A stretch of DNA of 64,000 bases from the human T2T-CHM13v2.0 reference genome, Homo sapiens: the NCBI RefSeq assembly GCF_009914755.1, contig NC_060936.1. The stretch is one strand, 5' to 3'. Shown piece after piece: positions 30,017 to 46,350 of this stretch. The position numbers and the translations under genes were made by a program. The notes below the pieces were generated by a model. The model saw nothing but the letters and a program-made list of their open reading frames with translations, did no database searches and was not told the DNA's origin. Each line of letters begins with the position of its first letter. The first letter of the stretch is position 1.

Positions 30017-33000
30017 TCTATTCTTGTTTTTCCCATTTCTCCGAAAGGTAGGAGGCATTTTCTAAGGGTCCCAAGGTACAAATCAGATTTACATAAACAG
30101 TGTAGCAGGATTCAGATGAGTTGTTTTGTGAACTAATATGAGGAAGGACTTTTCACATTTTCCTTTGCATAAATCCATGAAAGTAAAAGCAACATCAATT
30201 ATAAAGAATTTGAAACTTCTTCCAAAGCCCTATTGATAAGCACCTAAATCAACTTGTTAAGTGAACCTATTTTTAAAGAACAAAAATAAGAGTGGCAGAA
30301 AATGTCTGGAAGATTTCCTACCAAAGTTTGAAGAGTAGCTACCTCAGGAGCAGAGAAAGAGAAGAGAAAGAACAGTCTTTGAACTGAACTGTAGATGTGC
30401 TTCAACTTTCCACGTGCTACAAAATCTTCTCTCTCTCTAGGAGGATAGTCAGAAGGCCATCATTTCCACAGAGCTTGGAGTAACAGATTTTCTGAAATGG
30501 GTTTTTTAGCTACAGATTTTTAGATGTTTTCCAAAGAGGCTATTTCCATAAGTAACCTTCCATGCAAACAACTTTTCATTTCCATCAGACCTGAGTTAAT
30601 ATCACTCTTCCTTCTCCTGGCCATTAAAATTCAGGAATGGAGCTTGTTCTCTTGGATGTGCACTGCTTGGATGAAAATGAAACGTTTCATGTTGGAATAA
30701 GCTTGGGAGTTCTTATCCCTCTTGTCATGGCTCTGGAGAAAGCTCTGACAGAAGAGGCTGGGGAGAAACATGGATAAGTACTTGGATACTTAAAAATTCA
30801 AGTACAAGTGCCTGGTAAAATGCTGCTTTTAATGTTAAGGCCAGAGATGGGTCAACATTTTCACAGCAGTCTTCTCTTAAGGTAAAAAAGTCACCCGGTG
30901 ATTTCTAGGTCATAAAATCCAAAGGCTTTGACCTGTTTCTTCTTTCTGGCCTCTTTGCAGCAATTGATGCTGTTGGACTCTGACACTGAAATCCTCAACT
31001 CTTGGCTTTAGATATACTCCTGTTCCTGGCTCTCCTTATGCCTTCTTTATTGTCTCCTTTCTTGCTTCTTTACTTGTCTTTCTTCTTTTTCCTGAATGGG
31101 GGATCCCCTGGGTTCTGTCTCAAGTTTTCTCTTCTGTCTTTATACTCTTTCCCTTTCCCCACCATTCTCTAATCTGACAGCTTCTATGGTCATTCTATGT
31201 GAACTGTCACAGTGAGAACCATCATTTACAGAGAGGATCTCTGCACTCTATGAGGCACTTTCTACACATCATCTCACTGAGTGCACAACCCTCCTGTGGG
31301 CAATGCAGCAGTTCCTCCCTTTAGATGAGGAGGCAGAAGCTCAGGCAGGTTTCAAGACTCATCCATGAAATCCAAGACCACCCAGCAGATAAGAGACAGA
31401 GCACTGGTTTGATACTCCTGGCTCCAAGGCTCAAGCTGTTGCCCCAACACTGCTCCTCCTACCCATGACTCCTGGCCTCCAGTCTCACCTCAAAATCAAC
31501 AAGAATTCTTCTCTGACCAGCTTGCCTCCCTAACAAAGATACCTTCTGAAATGACCCACCGCCTTTCTCCCAATGACCAGGCACACACTGGCTGGCATCT
31601 CAGGCTCATCTTGCTCTCTTTGACTTCCCCTGCTCCTCACATATCCTCACCCCTAATCTCATCTGCTGCCAAATTCCATCTTTAACTTCCTTTCTCCTCT
31701 CCAAACCAGCCTGCACACTGCTGCCTGCCTTTTTGCCTAGGTCACATTATTCCCTTAGTTATAACCTTTAGAGGTTTCCCCTCGTTGATGAAATAACATC
31801 CAAATGCCTCTACCTTTTTTATTCAAAGTTCCAATCTACAGTTCCTGTCAGATCTCTCAGAGTTTCCCTATAAGTGGACCATGTGCCAGTGAAACTGGGC
31901 AACTCACGATCCCCTGAGTGTCCAAGTGTCTCATGTTTATGCTTTTATTCAGGCTACTCCCTCTTATAGACAGACACTCCCCATCTACAGAAATCCTCCT
32001 CTCTCGGGCATATTGCCACCCCACCCCCCATCAATTCCTTTCACCTGCTCTCATTGGATGCCACTCTCCATCTTGAAGCCTTCGCAGGTTTTCATTTGGA
32101 CTTCTCTTGTAGAACCTGGCATATTCTACTTTGGGTTTGTTATTCCCCCCTTCCTCTTACTAAGCTCTATGTTCCTTGGCAGAGGGGAAATATATCATAC
32201 TCTTTAGTGTATAGTATACCCAAACATCTATTCATCCAAGGCATATAACAGGAGTCTAATAAATGTATATTGATGAAACTTACTCAAACTTTGAAAAAAG
32301 ACAGCAATGTGAGGTCCCATTTTAAATATAATGTTTTACATGTTTTTACCCTCAGCAAGCAGAAACAAAATGTTTTTCACAAGTGAGATCAAGAAAGTAT
32401 AAATGATGACCATGAATATATATCCTTAAAATGATTACCTTTTTCCTCTGATTTAAAAGGAGGAGGAGGCAGAAAGGCAAAAGTGGAGAAGACAAACAAT
32501 GTTAGGTTCTGTCCATTGTCCAATGAAGAATGCAGAGAAAACAACTTAGAGTAGAATGCAAGTCATTAATAACAAAGCATGAAAAATGCTGAAATATATA
32601 AATCCAATTTACATGTAGCTCTTTTGTGACATGTAAATATTGACAGGTAAGGTAAACTATGACTATATGAACTTATAATTATTAATATGTTATCCTCCAA
32701 AAATGTTCTTTGGTTGCTCCCTAACTACAGTCTCTTCCTAAGCAGATGATAAGTTTGCTGACATTTCAGCATTGGTGCAAATATTGGTGCTTATTAAGTG
32801 TTTTCCTTAGGACCAAGTAGCAAGGAGGATCATGAGTCATCTAAGGCCTCTTTCTCAAATGGTGAACACAATTTTGTCAGATTTTTTTGGGGGGTGGGGG
32901 GAATATCCAATCTATAGCTATATTTAATTATAAAAATGCAAACATTTATATCAGATGTAACGATACTCACTAAATGTGTACACATATACACTGAAGTTGT

Positions 33001-33654
33001 AACTTTAATTTCCCTTTCGGGCCAATTTGTTTTAATTTTCTATGAGACAGAAGAAACTTCAAATCATGGACAACCACATCCTCTGTCCTAATCTTGCTGA
33101 GGAGTTATAAGCAACTAGATGTGGCAGGATCAGTGCAAATTCATCAGCAACATTGGTAAATCAATCCGAAGTATGTGTTGATGGAAAATCAGTGCTCTCC
33201 CATTAGGACTGAACATCATACTATCCCCAAACACAATTCAATTTCTTAAACTCTTGATTTTTGAAATTCAAGGGATTCCTTAAGGTATGAATCTTCTGTT
33301 CATATTTAACAATGGGAAAGTTCCAGATTTCAGGAAGTGGGACATCAGCAATGATAAAAGGTATGATGTCAGAAGGTGATGAACATAACTGAGATGGTGC
33401 TAGTCATTGCAAAGAGAATCCAGGAAATATCATCTGTGCACTGGAGACTCAAATTTGGTTTGAATAACCAAGGAGTCTACTGGGAACCAATGACTTAGTC
33501 AGTGTAGATGTTCTTCAGTGATTGACAGGCCTATTTAAATGTTAACAAAAAATGATTGCTACAATCTTCATATTTTGGGAGGATGGTAGGGTAGAGAAGA
33601 TGAAAGCCTAAAAGATACAATATAGTCACAAATTAAAACCTTCTGGTCACTCAC

Positions 33655-33815
33655 CACAATCATTTGAGCCACATAACTTTCAGGTCCAGTGTATTCTGTT
33701 GGGTCTTTAACTTTCACCAGGACTATGAAGTACAAATAATGCCACATATTGTGTTCTGACTTAATGTGCTCCTCAAATGAAACCGTTTTATTATCAAACT
33801 TGTCTCTCTCAAGTC
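33655..33815 (-). CDS. ITPR2: ITPR2 coding exon (~exon 55): LNK domain, HxxxxH half of the zinc finger
   Basis: Acceptor gtgtttttcag|GA and donor GTG|gtgagt; 161 nt, phase 1 to 0. Translates (G)[53 protein letters not shown]. Confidence 0.98.
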
Positions 33816-34684
33816 CTGAAAAACACAGGCAACACAATATATGTAATTCGTCATTTAATCAGTACTTGCTTCTTAGCATAAAAACAAAACACAATAATTA
33901 TTGTGAAAAAAATGCTTTCAGTAAGAGTGTGCCAATTTAAAATGCTATGATTAAAAACAACACAGTACACAAGACCTCCAGAAAAGAGGCCATCGTTTAT
34001 AGATTTTTTCCCAACTAACATTTATTTTTCCCCATGGATCCTTGGAAATGCACAGTCCTGTAATAGATGAAAAAGTTGCAGATAATTTTAAATACAGCCA
34101 TATCAAAATTTTCAAATTAAACTGTACCACAAGTCTGAGAAAAAGAGGTAAAAATGATCATGCAGGAAAAGGTATGCTTGCTAATCAGGACAGAAAAAAA
34201 AAATGTCATTTTACCCAGAAACTTGGATTAAAAGAGGGAAAGAATTGAGACAGTCATCTGTTCAAAACCACTTGGAATCAGTGAAAGGAACACAAAGAAG
34301 ATGGCCGTCCACACGCTGAGGACAGCAAGTGCTCAGACTATGCCAGCCCTCTAGGGTACCGTGTTCCAGGCATTTTGGGCAGGGGGTGATCTGTTCCATT
34401 TCCAGGGCACATTTTTAAGCCTTTGGAAGTACAGTAAAGAAAGCACCTAGATAATAAAATTCTTTTCTCTCAAAGTTAGAGAATAGATGAAAAGAAATGA
34501 ATAGAGATGAAGAAAAACATCTATGGAAACATGAATTTGAGTGCCAAGTGAAGTGGGATGTTGGGATTCAGTTAGGTTGTTACAGCTCAGATACTGAAGA
34601 AGAAACCAGGAAACTGAAATCCAACCCTGGCTATTCTTTCTCTAAGCATTTTTTGTAAGTTCACTCAGGGATGTAGAAGACCCT

Positions 34685-34899
34685 TTTATTTATTTATTTT
34701 TTTGAGACAGAGTCTCACTCTGTTTCCCAGGCTGGAGTGCAGTGGCTCAATGCAGACTCAACCTCCCAGGTTCAATTGATCCTCCTACTTCAGCCTCCTA
34801 AGTACCTGGGACTACAGGCATGCACCACCATGCCCGGCTAATTTTTGTATCTTTTTTTTTTTCTCTGTAGAGATGGAGCTTCACAATGTTGCCCAGCCT
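34685..34899 (-). mobile_element. Alu (AluJ-like), 5'-truncated
   Basis: Right arm plus part of the left arm; TSD gaagacc(c)tttt at about 34676 and 34900. Confidence 0.88.
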
Positions 34900-35049
34900 G
34901 AAGACCTTTTTTAAATAATAAGATATAAAGCACAATAAGTAAAAAATCTGTCCCCATTGAAGGGGTGACTTTTTACTTACATTATTGGATATCTGTATGG
35001 AAAATACTATAAGATTCTGCTGGCTGATGGCTAGGCCTCATCTTATTTG

Positions 35050-36265
35050 ACCTATAATCAGCTCAGCATGCCCAAATAAACTACAATTTTCTTCCCTAAA
35101 CCTGCTTCACCCACAGTCCTCCCCTTTTATTCGATGGCAGCTCTGTTCTAGTTGTTCAAGCCAAAAGCCTGGACGTCATTCTTGAATCCTCTCCGCCTCT
35201 CACACAGCACATCCAATCCATGTTGAAATGCTTTTGGCTCTACCTTCAAAACATATCCAGAATCTGACCACTTCTCACCCGCTCTGCTGCTACACTCTGG
35301 TCTGGGCCATTGTCATCCCTCATGTGGATTACTGCAATAGACTCCCAGGCCCCCCTGTTTCCATCTTTACTCTCCACAGCCCATTCTCAACACAGCAGCC
35401 AGAGCAATCCTTTAAAAACCTAAGAGAAATGGTGTCTCTCTTCTGTTGTAAACCCAACAATGGCTCCTCCACCTCCTCAAGATAAAGGTCAAAGTCCTTA
35501 CAAGGACCTACAAGTAGAGTTGCTAGATAAGCAACAGCATGGTCAGTTATGTTTGAATTTCAGATAAATAATAAATAATTCTTTAGTATGAGTCCCATGC
35601 AATATGTATTTGCTAAATCCTATGTGACTTGGCCTCACAGCCACACTAACCTTACCTCTCACTGTTCTCTCCCTTGCTACCTCCCATGCAACCACACTGG
35701 CCTCTTTGCTTTTTTTTTTTTTTGGAACACAGGGCCTTTGGACTTCAGGACCTTTGGAACGGTTGTTTCCTCTGGTTACAAAACTCTTCTCACTGACATC
35801 TCTTTAAGTAACTCATTCACCTTCAAATTTTTGCTGAAATCTCACCATCTCAATGTGGTTTAACCTGATCATCCTGTTTAAAAATATAACCCTTCTGCTG
35901 ACCTTCTTGATCACCTTTTCCCTTTTCCTCTCTTTTTCTTATAGTGCTTACCACCTCCTTATAGACTGAATATAGCCAAATCGAAGTTATTAAATTAAAT
36001 TGGATTATATCTCTAAGATAAAGAGGTAAAATGATTGTGTAAGAAAAAGCCTGTCTGATACTCAGCAAAGGAGAAAGAAATGTTATTTCATCCAGCAACT
36101 TGGATAAAAATTTATTACATTTATTATGTATTGTGTTTGTCCTCCCACTAGAGTATAAGAGCCACCTGGGCAGATATATTTCTTTTCTTCACCAACGGTC
36201 CCAAAAGCTCGGAATGATATTTGGCACATAGTTGGCACTCAATTAAATACTGATTGATTGAATTA
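35050..36265 (+). mobile_element. L2 3' region, interrupted
   Basis: ctcagcatgcccaaa...tcattcttga.tcctc...ggctctaccttcaaaacatatccagaatctgaccacttctcacc...ggcacatagttggcactcaattaaatactgattgattgaat. Confidence 0.8.
35515..35622 (+). mobile_element. MER53-like hAT MITE fragment nested in L2
   Basis: agagttgctagataa...cagttatgtttgaatttcagataaataataaataatt...gtcccatgcaatat..tatttgctaaatc. Confidence 0.6.
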
Positions 36266-36294
36266 ATAATATTTCACTACTAAAATATTGTTCC

Positions 36295-37062
36295 ACTAGA
36301 ATGCCTATAACCAAAACCAGATAATAATAAGTGTTGGTGAAGATGTAGAGAAATTAGAATCCTCATGCACTGCTAACAGAAATGTAAAATGGTGCAGCAG
36401 CTACTTTGGAAAACAGTTTGGCAATTCCTCAAATGGTTAAACAGAGAGTTACCATATAACTAAGCATAACCCACTCCTGGGTATATATTCAAGAGAACTG
36501 AAAATGTATGTTCACATAAAAACTTGTACATGTTCATAGCAGCATTATTCATAATAGCTAAAAGTGGAAACAACCCCAATGTCAATTAATTGATGAAAGG
36601 ATAAAATATGGTATATCCATATGACAGGATAATTTTTTACAATAAAAAGGAACGAAGTACTGATACCTGCTACAACATGAACCTTTAAAACATCCTACTA
36701 AGTGAAAGAAGCTAGGTGCAAAAGCCCACATATTATGATCCCATTTATATAAAATGTCCAATATAGGCAAATCCACAGAGGCAAAAAGTAGAGCCGAGGC
36801 AGAGATGGAAGGTTAGGGATCAGATGATGGCTAAAGGGTATGGGGTTTCTTTCTGGGACAATGAAAATGTTCTAAAATCAATTATGGTGATGGATGCACA
36901 ACTCTGAATATACTAAAAACCACTGAATTGTACATATTAAATGGGTGAATTATATGATGTGTGAATTATATCTCAATAGAGCTATTAACAACAACAACAA
37001 CAAAACACTAAAAAACAAAAGAGAGAAAAACAAACTAAACAAAACAAACAAAAGAGAGAAAA
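36295..37062 (+). mobile_element. L1M (L1MB-like) ORF2 end and 3'UTR with A-rich/(AAC)n tail
   Basis: aagtgttggtgaagatgtagagaaattagaa...ctttggaaaacagtttggcaattcctcaaa...tgttcatagcagcattattcataatagc...gtgaattatatctcaata. Confidence 0.9.
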
Positions 37063-37528
37063 TGTTAAAGTAGATTTTCCCAGAATTCAATTCAAACATC
37101 TACCAGTTGCAAGGTAATGGGGCTATAAAAATTAGGTTCTTACTATCAATTAATCTGTAATACGGTAGAGGAAACAGGCACGTTGCGTTATATTCTGAAG
37201 AGGTATAAACTGCCAAGGGAGCATAAAGAAGGGCAAAATGAACTCTGATGAGGGTCATTTTAAAAGGTTTCCAAGAGGTGCAAAGCTTGAAAAATCCAGC
37301 CTCAGTACATGATTATGGTAAGTGGAGAAGAAGTGAATGGTAATAAAAGGTACTTAATTTTTATTGAGCATCTATTGATGCTGACAACTATAAAGATGTC
37401 TAAATATGCTATTATAATTACAATAATCCAATCTGACCTTTTAGCATGTGAGGAAATAGATTCAGAATGATTCAATAAATTGCTCAAGTTAATATCCCTA
37501 TTTAGCGGAAGAGTCAATTAGTATTTAA

Positions 37529-38087
<559 letters not shown>

Positions 38088-41000
38088 TATTCTGAAAGCT
38101 TCTGAGTAGAAACTAGTGTATTCAGAGCTATACTTCAAGTCGTTCCTGTGGCAGGATTCAGGGGAAGATTGGGATAAGAGACTAAGGATGCAAGACCCAG
38201 GCACCAGGGCAGTGGAGGGGGAAATGTAAAAGAGGGAAACTGGTTGTCTTTCATCTTCGTAAGTTCTTGCTCTCTAAGCTTCATCATCCATTCTCACGGT
38301 TTTACCATCATCTTGCTGATGTTTTCTCAATCTTTATCCCCAGTACTGACCTTTCTTCTCAATTTCCACTCCTTTTTCCAGCTGCCTGCTGTATATATCC
38401 ACCTGGATAGCTTGTGGGGATGTCAAACTTAACTCGTCAAAAATGTGTTTCTTGAGCCCTCTTCTTCGTCTCTGTTAATGAAGTCCTTGTTGACCAGGGA
38501 ACTTGAAGTCATTCTTAGACTCATGCACTGACATTCCACTCAGCACAGTTCTTGTAGTCATGCTGACTTTCTCATCATTCGCCAAATACACCAAGACACC
38601 TTCATCTACTCTCTTTTCTGCCTTCCAAGTATTCCTTCTTCAAGCTTCCCCACTTCCACCACCGACTCCCACAGACACAACCAGCTGTTTGATCTTCTGG
38701 GCCCACAACACTTCACTATGAAAATGTGCCTGTTTCCATCTTAGCCTCTACCATTTTACTGTCTGACTCATTTTTGCATTACCAGCACCTGGCAGTGTCT
38801 GGAGAACAGTAGGCATGCAACTAAATTTGACAGAATAATTAAATAAATGAATAAGAGAGACTGAAGAGGCATTTTGGAATGAAAACTTGAACGGGCTTGA
38901 TGTCCAATTAGAGATATAGATTTAGAAGAAGGAGAAATCAGTAATGACTCTGAATTTTCTGACTTGAATAACTTGAGTTTATGATACTTGAATGACTGAG
39001 TTTATGATAATATCGCCACAGCAAGATACCCTATCCTTAGAATAGGAATTCTGACCTATCATCAAATCCTTTCTCCATTCTGTTGTTTTGTCACACCTGG
39101 TCTTTCGACATCTCTTTCTTACTGGATCTTCAGCCTCTAGTAACTCAATGTTCATAATTAATATGGATGCAAGAGCTAATCTGTGTCTCTGCTTCCTGCT
39201 CAGCTCTGTCATCTGCTAATCCTCACCCTCCAGGGCCACCTTCTGGATCACTAGCTATTGTTTTCTGAGTCATGTTTCACTTCCAAACATCTGGACATTG
39301 TCTTCAAGGCTGGGAAAGTTCCAACTAGGTCCATTGCCTGTCACAGAATCTACATCCTCTTGTCCTACTCTGGGTGTCCCTTGGCACACACCTGGAGCCA
39401 GTTCTCTCTTACTATGGAGATTCTCTCCTTTGTTATTTGGTACTATGTCCTTCTTTGGATCACAACTTCACATCCAACTTTACCAGGAACCATGTCTAGA
39501 CCAGTCACTATTTTATAGCCTACTAGCACAACCCCCAAATATCCCAACCATTTAAATCATTCTTGTAACTAAGTTCTCCTAACATATATGAGATGAATTA
39601 TATCATTTGTGTGGTTGGAGCTTCTGGGAATGAATGCATATCTAGATATACATTATCATAATGCTTCTTATGTGTTTCTGCTCAAGGTCCTTTAAGGGAA
39701 GGGAGCAGAAAATGTATACCTTTCTGTTACTGAGGTTACAGAAAGTAGCAGCAAAAAGTACCTGAAGCCAATTATTCATTTTTTAAAAAAGTTTCTATTT
39801 TATTTTAAATATTCACGCTGAATTTGTTCTATTTTACAATATTCTATTTGTTCTAATATAAAAATACTATTTAAATTTACACTTAGTTTAAATTACTTAA
39901 GTGTTTCCTCAGATTTCTGAATAAACATGAAGCTTCTAGAAAACAGACAATATTGATCTTACATCTCTTTGTGCATCCTGCAATGTCACCCTACATTCCT
40001 GTGGGCAGCACTCCACAGAAACAATACCCTGCATGTAACAAAATCTGGAGCAACCTGGAATCAGCACACCTGTTGTCTGCAGTATATACAATCTCAATAT
40101 TTTATCTGCCTTTTGTAGATTATAAGTCAGACAAGTATAGAGACAATATCAGCCTGAGGCTGACTTATTGGATAGTCATTCATTAAGCAAATATTTATGG
40201 ATATTCACCAATGCACATTATGAAAGCAAAAAAAAATGGATAAGACATGGATCTGGTTCTCTTAAAGAAGAGAAATTAACATGTGTTGAGGGCAGACCCT
40301 CAGTTAAGCCTCGTGCTAGAGATTTTGATATACATGATCTCATTTATACTCATCACAACACCAAACCGTGGCATTATATTCCTCATTTTCCAGGTGAGGG
40401 AACAATAGCTCAGGATGATTAGAAACTTGGCCAAGATCACATAGCAAGGATGCAGAACCAGTGTAGACCTATGACTACTTGTCTATAAAGTTCATGCATT
40501 TTCTTTGATATGAGAATGCATGGCATCCAGCAGAGGTGATCAGACAACAGAAATATGTACAGTGCTATATAGCTAAGTGTGATGTGAGGAATTTAGGGTC
40601 CGATGTGTGAGATCGGAGAAGACTTCTAGAACAATGGCATTAGAGCTGGGCCTCAGAGAGAGGGCAGGAGTTCAACAGCGTAGGAATTGGGGCATTCCAA
40701 ATGAAATTGTTCTCCCACAACTAAGAATACATGGAGAGTCTGGGAAGTTAAAGGTAAGTAATGTAGTTGCCCTGGAACTTGAGCTATAAATGGGAGAACA
40801 ACAGGGGAGAAGGTAGGCAAAAAAAGAAGGGGCCAGATTGTGGGGGTAGCTTAGATGCCAGGAAAATTCAAGTTACAGAGTTATAGACTGTGCAATGTTA
40901 TTGATGGCTTTTTGAGTAAGGAAATGATTAATTCAGAGTGGAAAAATTAGTCTGGCAACACCGAGCAGACCATTTGGGGTTGTGAGCCCGGGTTAGCCTG

Positions 41001-44000
41001 AAAAACTAAGATGTGGCTGTGGGAATGTGTGGAAGGATGTGGGTGAGATTGTGAAGGTGGGTTCATTAGCGCATGGTAGCTAGGGCACCTGGAAGAGAAA
41101 AAAGGAGATGCTAAACATGATGGTGTGGTTCCCTCAGATAACTGAAGGCACTGTGGGATATTACTAATAGCAATATGGATGTCAGGAAAAAGAGCTAGGC
41201 TAGAGGAGGGAGACAGAAAGGGATGATGGACTGGCTTCAGACATGGCCGGTTTGGCTGCCGGGAAGACATGCCTGTCTAACTGTCCAGTGAGTGACTGAA
41301 AACAGAGGGGAAAGCCTGGGGAAAGGTTGGAGCTGAGCATGCATACTTGGCAATAATCTACATAAAAGTGATGTCAAAGAGGAGGACAGAGAGGAGACAA
41401 GGAGTCAAGGGCAAAATCAAAACCTTCTATTAAGGGGTTTTGGGAGACGGAATAGGACCCTGTGACCCAGAGAAAGCAAGCAGAGGGAGAATAAAAGGTC
41501 AGCGGGAAGTTAACAGTGAGATTCAAGAACACTTCAATTTGTTGATGACAGTTATTGTGATGTTTAAAGGAATTTATAGGTGACTGGCTTTTTAATAACT
41601 GTGAAAAGCCAAAGAAAATTCTGACCGAGAAGGGAAAGCTTAGAGGAGCAGGAATCTTGGGTAAGCAATGGGCTTACGTTGCTGTTCATGTTTTTGGTTA
41701 AAATATAGGAGACAATATCATGTCTTAGAATGAGGCTTCCAGCCTCTGGTCCATTCTTCCAAAGAGCATCTCTTTCAGAGGTAGTGTACCAACATGATGA
41801 TGATTATGACCGTGAAAAAAAAGGGCATGGAGGAAGAAGCAGTGCAAAAGAAAGACCACGAGATACACAGAGAGGTTTCTGAGGGCAGCATCATTCTCCT
41901 GTATGGGACTCACCCTTCTAAACAACAGCTTGGCCCCATAACGCTATACCCTTCCACCAGGATCTGTTCTCAGGCTTGGTTATGCTTGAATGAGAACCTG
42001 TCACTTTGTCATTTTAGAATAGGATAGCTGAGTGGACTTTTGAGTTAGGTAGTCCTCCGCTCAAATCTTGGCTCTTCTGCTTACTAACTGGATGTTGACG
42101 GGAGCCAAGTCTCTGTTTCCATGTTTGTAAAGGAGTGGTAATATACATCATACATAGTATTCATTTTTTAAGAATAAAATGAAAAGAAATACCTAAGTGA
42201 AAAGCCAGACATGTAGTAAGTATTCAATAAATAATCATTTAAAAATTTTTTTATGATAAGGCTGAAAGAGGACAGAGCTCCAGGTGAGGTGACCCAAGGG
42301 AAGAAAGAATCATCCTTGGAAAGCCTGAAGGATCTGCTGAGAAGAAAAGAAAGGAGACACACATACATCTATTGTGAAGAAATGGAGGTGGTGATAGCTG
42401 TCACATAAAGAGAAAAATAGAAAAAAAAATACAGGGTGTGGGTTATTTTTCTATAAAGGTAGGAGGAGGTATATTTATCTTCCAAGGTTGATGGAGTGTC
42501 CTCTCAGCCTCTTCCTGATCTCTCTCAGTTTCCTTCTAGCAAATCTCTACTCAGCACTGCACAATCCACTCTACCTAAATTCACCAAAGCCTCCTAAATG
42601 AGAAACCAGTAGGCTTTTTAGGTCATGTTACTGGCCTTCTCTGCTTGGGCAGAGTTGATAACGAATTCATTTCTTTCCAAAGCTGTTTTCTCCCCTCTCT
42701 TCCACAGGCCACCCCTTCCTGCTTCTCCTCACACCATTCTGACTTGGTACTCTGAGTTGTTGGTGTGTGCTCCTCTTTCTCTCCTAAGTCTTCAAAGCTG
42801 GGGCTTTCCACTTGTAGTCTCTCTGCTTCTCTTCTCACTCGGACACCCTCCTCCACACTCCAGATTTCACTATCACACATAGGCTGAGGATTCCCCAGTT
42901 ATAGTCTCCAGCGAAGACTCAATCTCTGAGGCTCAGACTCATGAATTGATCTGTGCTGTATCCCACTGGGGTGGGTCAGTACACACTCAATTTCAGGATT
43001 CTCAAAGTTAAACTCAGCATATTCCTACCTAAATTGTTTTTTTCATCTATTCTCAAGCTCAATCACTTGTTAGTATTACCATCCACTTGGGCATCCCAGC
43101 TATCTTTCATATCCTTTCCTAAGCATCAAGATTTAAAGATTTTATCTCCTAAATATTTCTTGACTCTGCCTTCTATCCTTAATACTGCCACCACTAACTC
43201 TCCTGCTTTCGTTACCTTTCACTTGGACTGTGGTAATGACCTCCTACCTGATGACTCTGCTTCTGGTACTGTTTCCTGATGAATGACCTCCCAAAGCTGC
43301 CATGGTGCTCTAAAGCAAAAAAAAAAAATAGACCCTGCAGTGTTCTACTTAAAATTCTTTAATGGTTCATCTTCCACTGTAAGTCCAGATGATAAAGTCC
43401 AAACTGCCTAATATAAAAGGCCATGCGTGGTCTGGCCAACCTCATCTCTTAGCACGCCCTGCTCTGAACTTTACGTCAGCAACACTGAGCTGCTTTAGAG
43501 TAAGTGAAGACCCTTGTACTGTTCTTCCACCTCCATGACTTTGCTTATCCTGGCCTTTCTGCTTGTACTCACTTTGATCTGGCAACCTCTCCCTTTCATC
43601 TTTTACCACCAGCTCAGTCACCATCTCTTCTAAAGGCTTTCCTGACTCTTCTTTCTCACTCCCTACCCCATGCTGGAGAGGTATCCCTCCTCTGGGTACC
43701 TGCAGCTTCCTGTAAACTTCTCTACCATTTCCTTCAATGCATGAGATATCAAGGCTATTTATTGTGTTTGTATCCCAAAATAGATCGTGAACACCCCAAA
43801 ACAGGGAATGACTGCTTTCTATTTGTTTCCACTGAATATAGCATAATATTACACATTATTACCTGGTACACCTACAACTGTTGGAGGAAGGTAGAAAAGG
43901 TTTGGAGAGACATTGAGGTGAACGAAACACTCAACAAAAGTTGAAGCAAGGAGAGAATGAAATGTATTGAGGACCCAATTTGTTACATACAGTAACGTTG

Positions 44001-44122
44001 TAGTGAACCCTTAGGCTTGTTTTGTGACTATCACCAAAAGATTTTTTTCAGCCTAATGTGGCAACAAGGAGGGTGAATGAAACCTAGAGTGGGTGATCAC
44101 CCAAAGAAGAGGATAGATTCTA

Positions 44123-44704
<582 letters not shown>

Positions 44705-45098
44705 TCAGTGAGTAGAAGTTCAAGATGCTGAAAAATCATATTTGGATTCATATTCTAACAAAATTAAATGTGATTCTGTTGCATAATAAATATGTTACTG
44801 TGATTAAAAATCTGTTTGCCAGTTGGTGAAACCTTTTGGCATTTTGCATCACATTTCTATAGTCAGAGAATCATGTAAATCACAGAAATAATGACAGGAT
44901 AGCTTTGGGGTATAATTCCTCTCTCTATTTATAGAAGCAGAGAATTCCAGTCTAATGCTCAGTTACATAATCTGAATTTTATCCAACCTTCATTTTGAAA
45001 TAATTTTTCCGAAAGCATGAAAAATAAAAATCCCTCTAGCCCCTCTTTCCTGCAAACAGTCTATTCATCTATTATTTTAGCATCTGCCGAACACTTAC

Positions 45099-45264
45099 CA
45101 CAGATGAAACAAGTTGTCTTTAGAATTTCTTCTTTTTTCTGTTTTTCGCTTCTGAGATCAGCAAAAGTATCGATGATAACACCAAAAATCAAGTTCAGAA
45201 CAATAATGATAACAATGAAATAAAAAAGAAGGTCATAAACCACTCGGGCAGCAAACAAGGGCTC
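45099..45264 (-). CDS. ITPR2: ITPR2 coding exon (~exon 54): TM6/gate and CxxC half of the zinc finger
   Basis: Acceptor tttttatttcag|GAG and donor TGTG|gtaagt; 166 nt, phase 0 to 1. Translates [55 protein letters not shown](G). Confidence 0.98.
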
Positions 45265-46350
45265 CTGAAATAAAAATATTTAAAAAAATCACACTAGGCA
45301 TAGTGATTGAGCACACTGTCTAGCATAGAGAGTATATTCAATAAATGTTTGTGAAATGAATATAAATAGTATCCCAAGTTGGAAAAATAAGGCTCACTTT
45401 CCATCTCTACTTTAAGTGTTGTAAGAAAAACTTCCTAGCCTATTTCCAGAACCACTTACATTTCTCTAGGACTGACACATGTCTTTCCCACAATGGTGGG
45501 ACTTCACTTTCTTTAGAAAGGACTTTATTATGCCATTCTGCTAAATGCATTTTGGCACAGTGGTCTCCTATCCCAGACATTACAGAAAAGGTAGTTAAAT
45601 GTCAATTCCAAAAGTCAGTGATTGGGGAGCTAAGGAGGACCTAATGACTTGTCAATTTCTGGAGTAGGCTTTATTCTTGGCCATACAGGGTCAAGTATAT
45701 ATAGCTCCTTCTTATTTCTTCCTGATGAACAGTGTTAAAATGCAAATTAGAGACCAGGCAATCCAGTTTTTTAACAGAAGAGGAACCTGAGGTTAAGAGG
45801 TTAGATGATTTGACAATATGATACAACTGGCCGGAGCAGAGCTAAGATTCTTCAAGCTCCCAGCCTGGCACTTGAGATTTTGCAGCTAGTGAGAAATGTT
45901 TCCACTTTGCCATTTTAATATATGAAATCCTGTTAGAATTTGCTCAAATGTTATATTTATCATAGATAAATGATGGAGGCTATTCCTATGCAGAAGCAAA
46001 GAGTAAATCTTCATGCTCAAGAAACCTGATAGGCAAGAGGCAACCTCGTTTATGTTATTTGTGTAACAATCAACTCCTATATAAAGTTCGCAGTCATGAT
46101 TTCATTGCTGTAATACAATACACAGATTAACTTGGAAACATTTCACCACTCTACGAACACACAAAGAGTTGTAGTACATTAGCTATGTAATCCTAGCAAA
46201 CAATTAATTGGCTTTAACAGCCATGGTTATACTTTTAAAGCAAATGGTACAATATATTTTCCTGAAAACCAAAACTAAATTATAAATGCTGTGAAGAAAG
46301 GTTTAAAAAAAAGATGTGCTCCTTGAAAAAATACTTTTACTCTGGCTTAC

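Noticed and set aside
33568-33837. ORF-track ends of the ITPR2-containing ORFs (also 45061-45258, 46303-46587, 61502-61711)
   Set aside because: The extensions are intronic read-through, so I reset the boundaries to the splice sites.
43504-43944. 146-aa + strand ORF
   Set aside because: It lies in decayed L2 3' sequence, has a non-ATG start and shows no recognisable domain.
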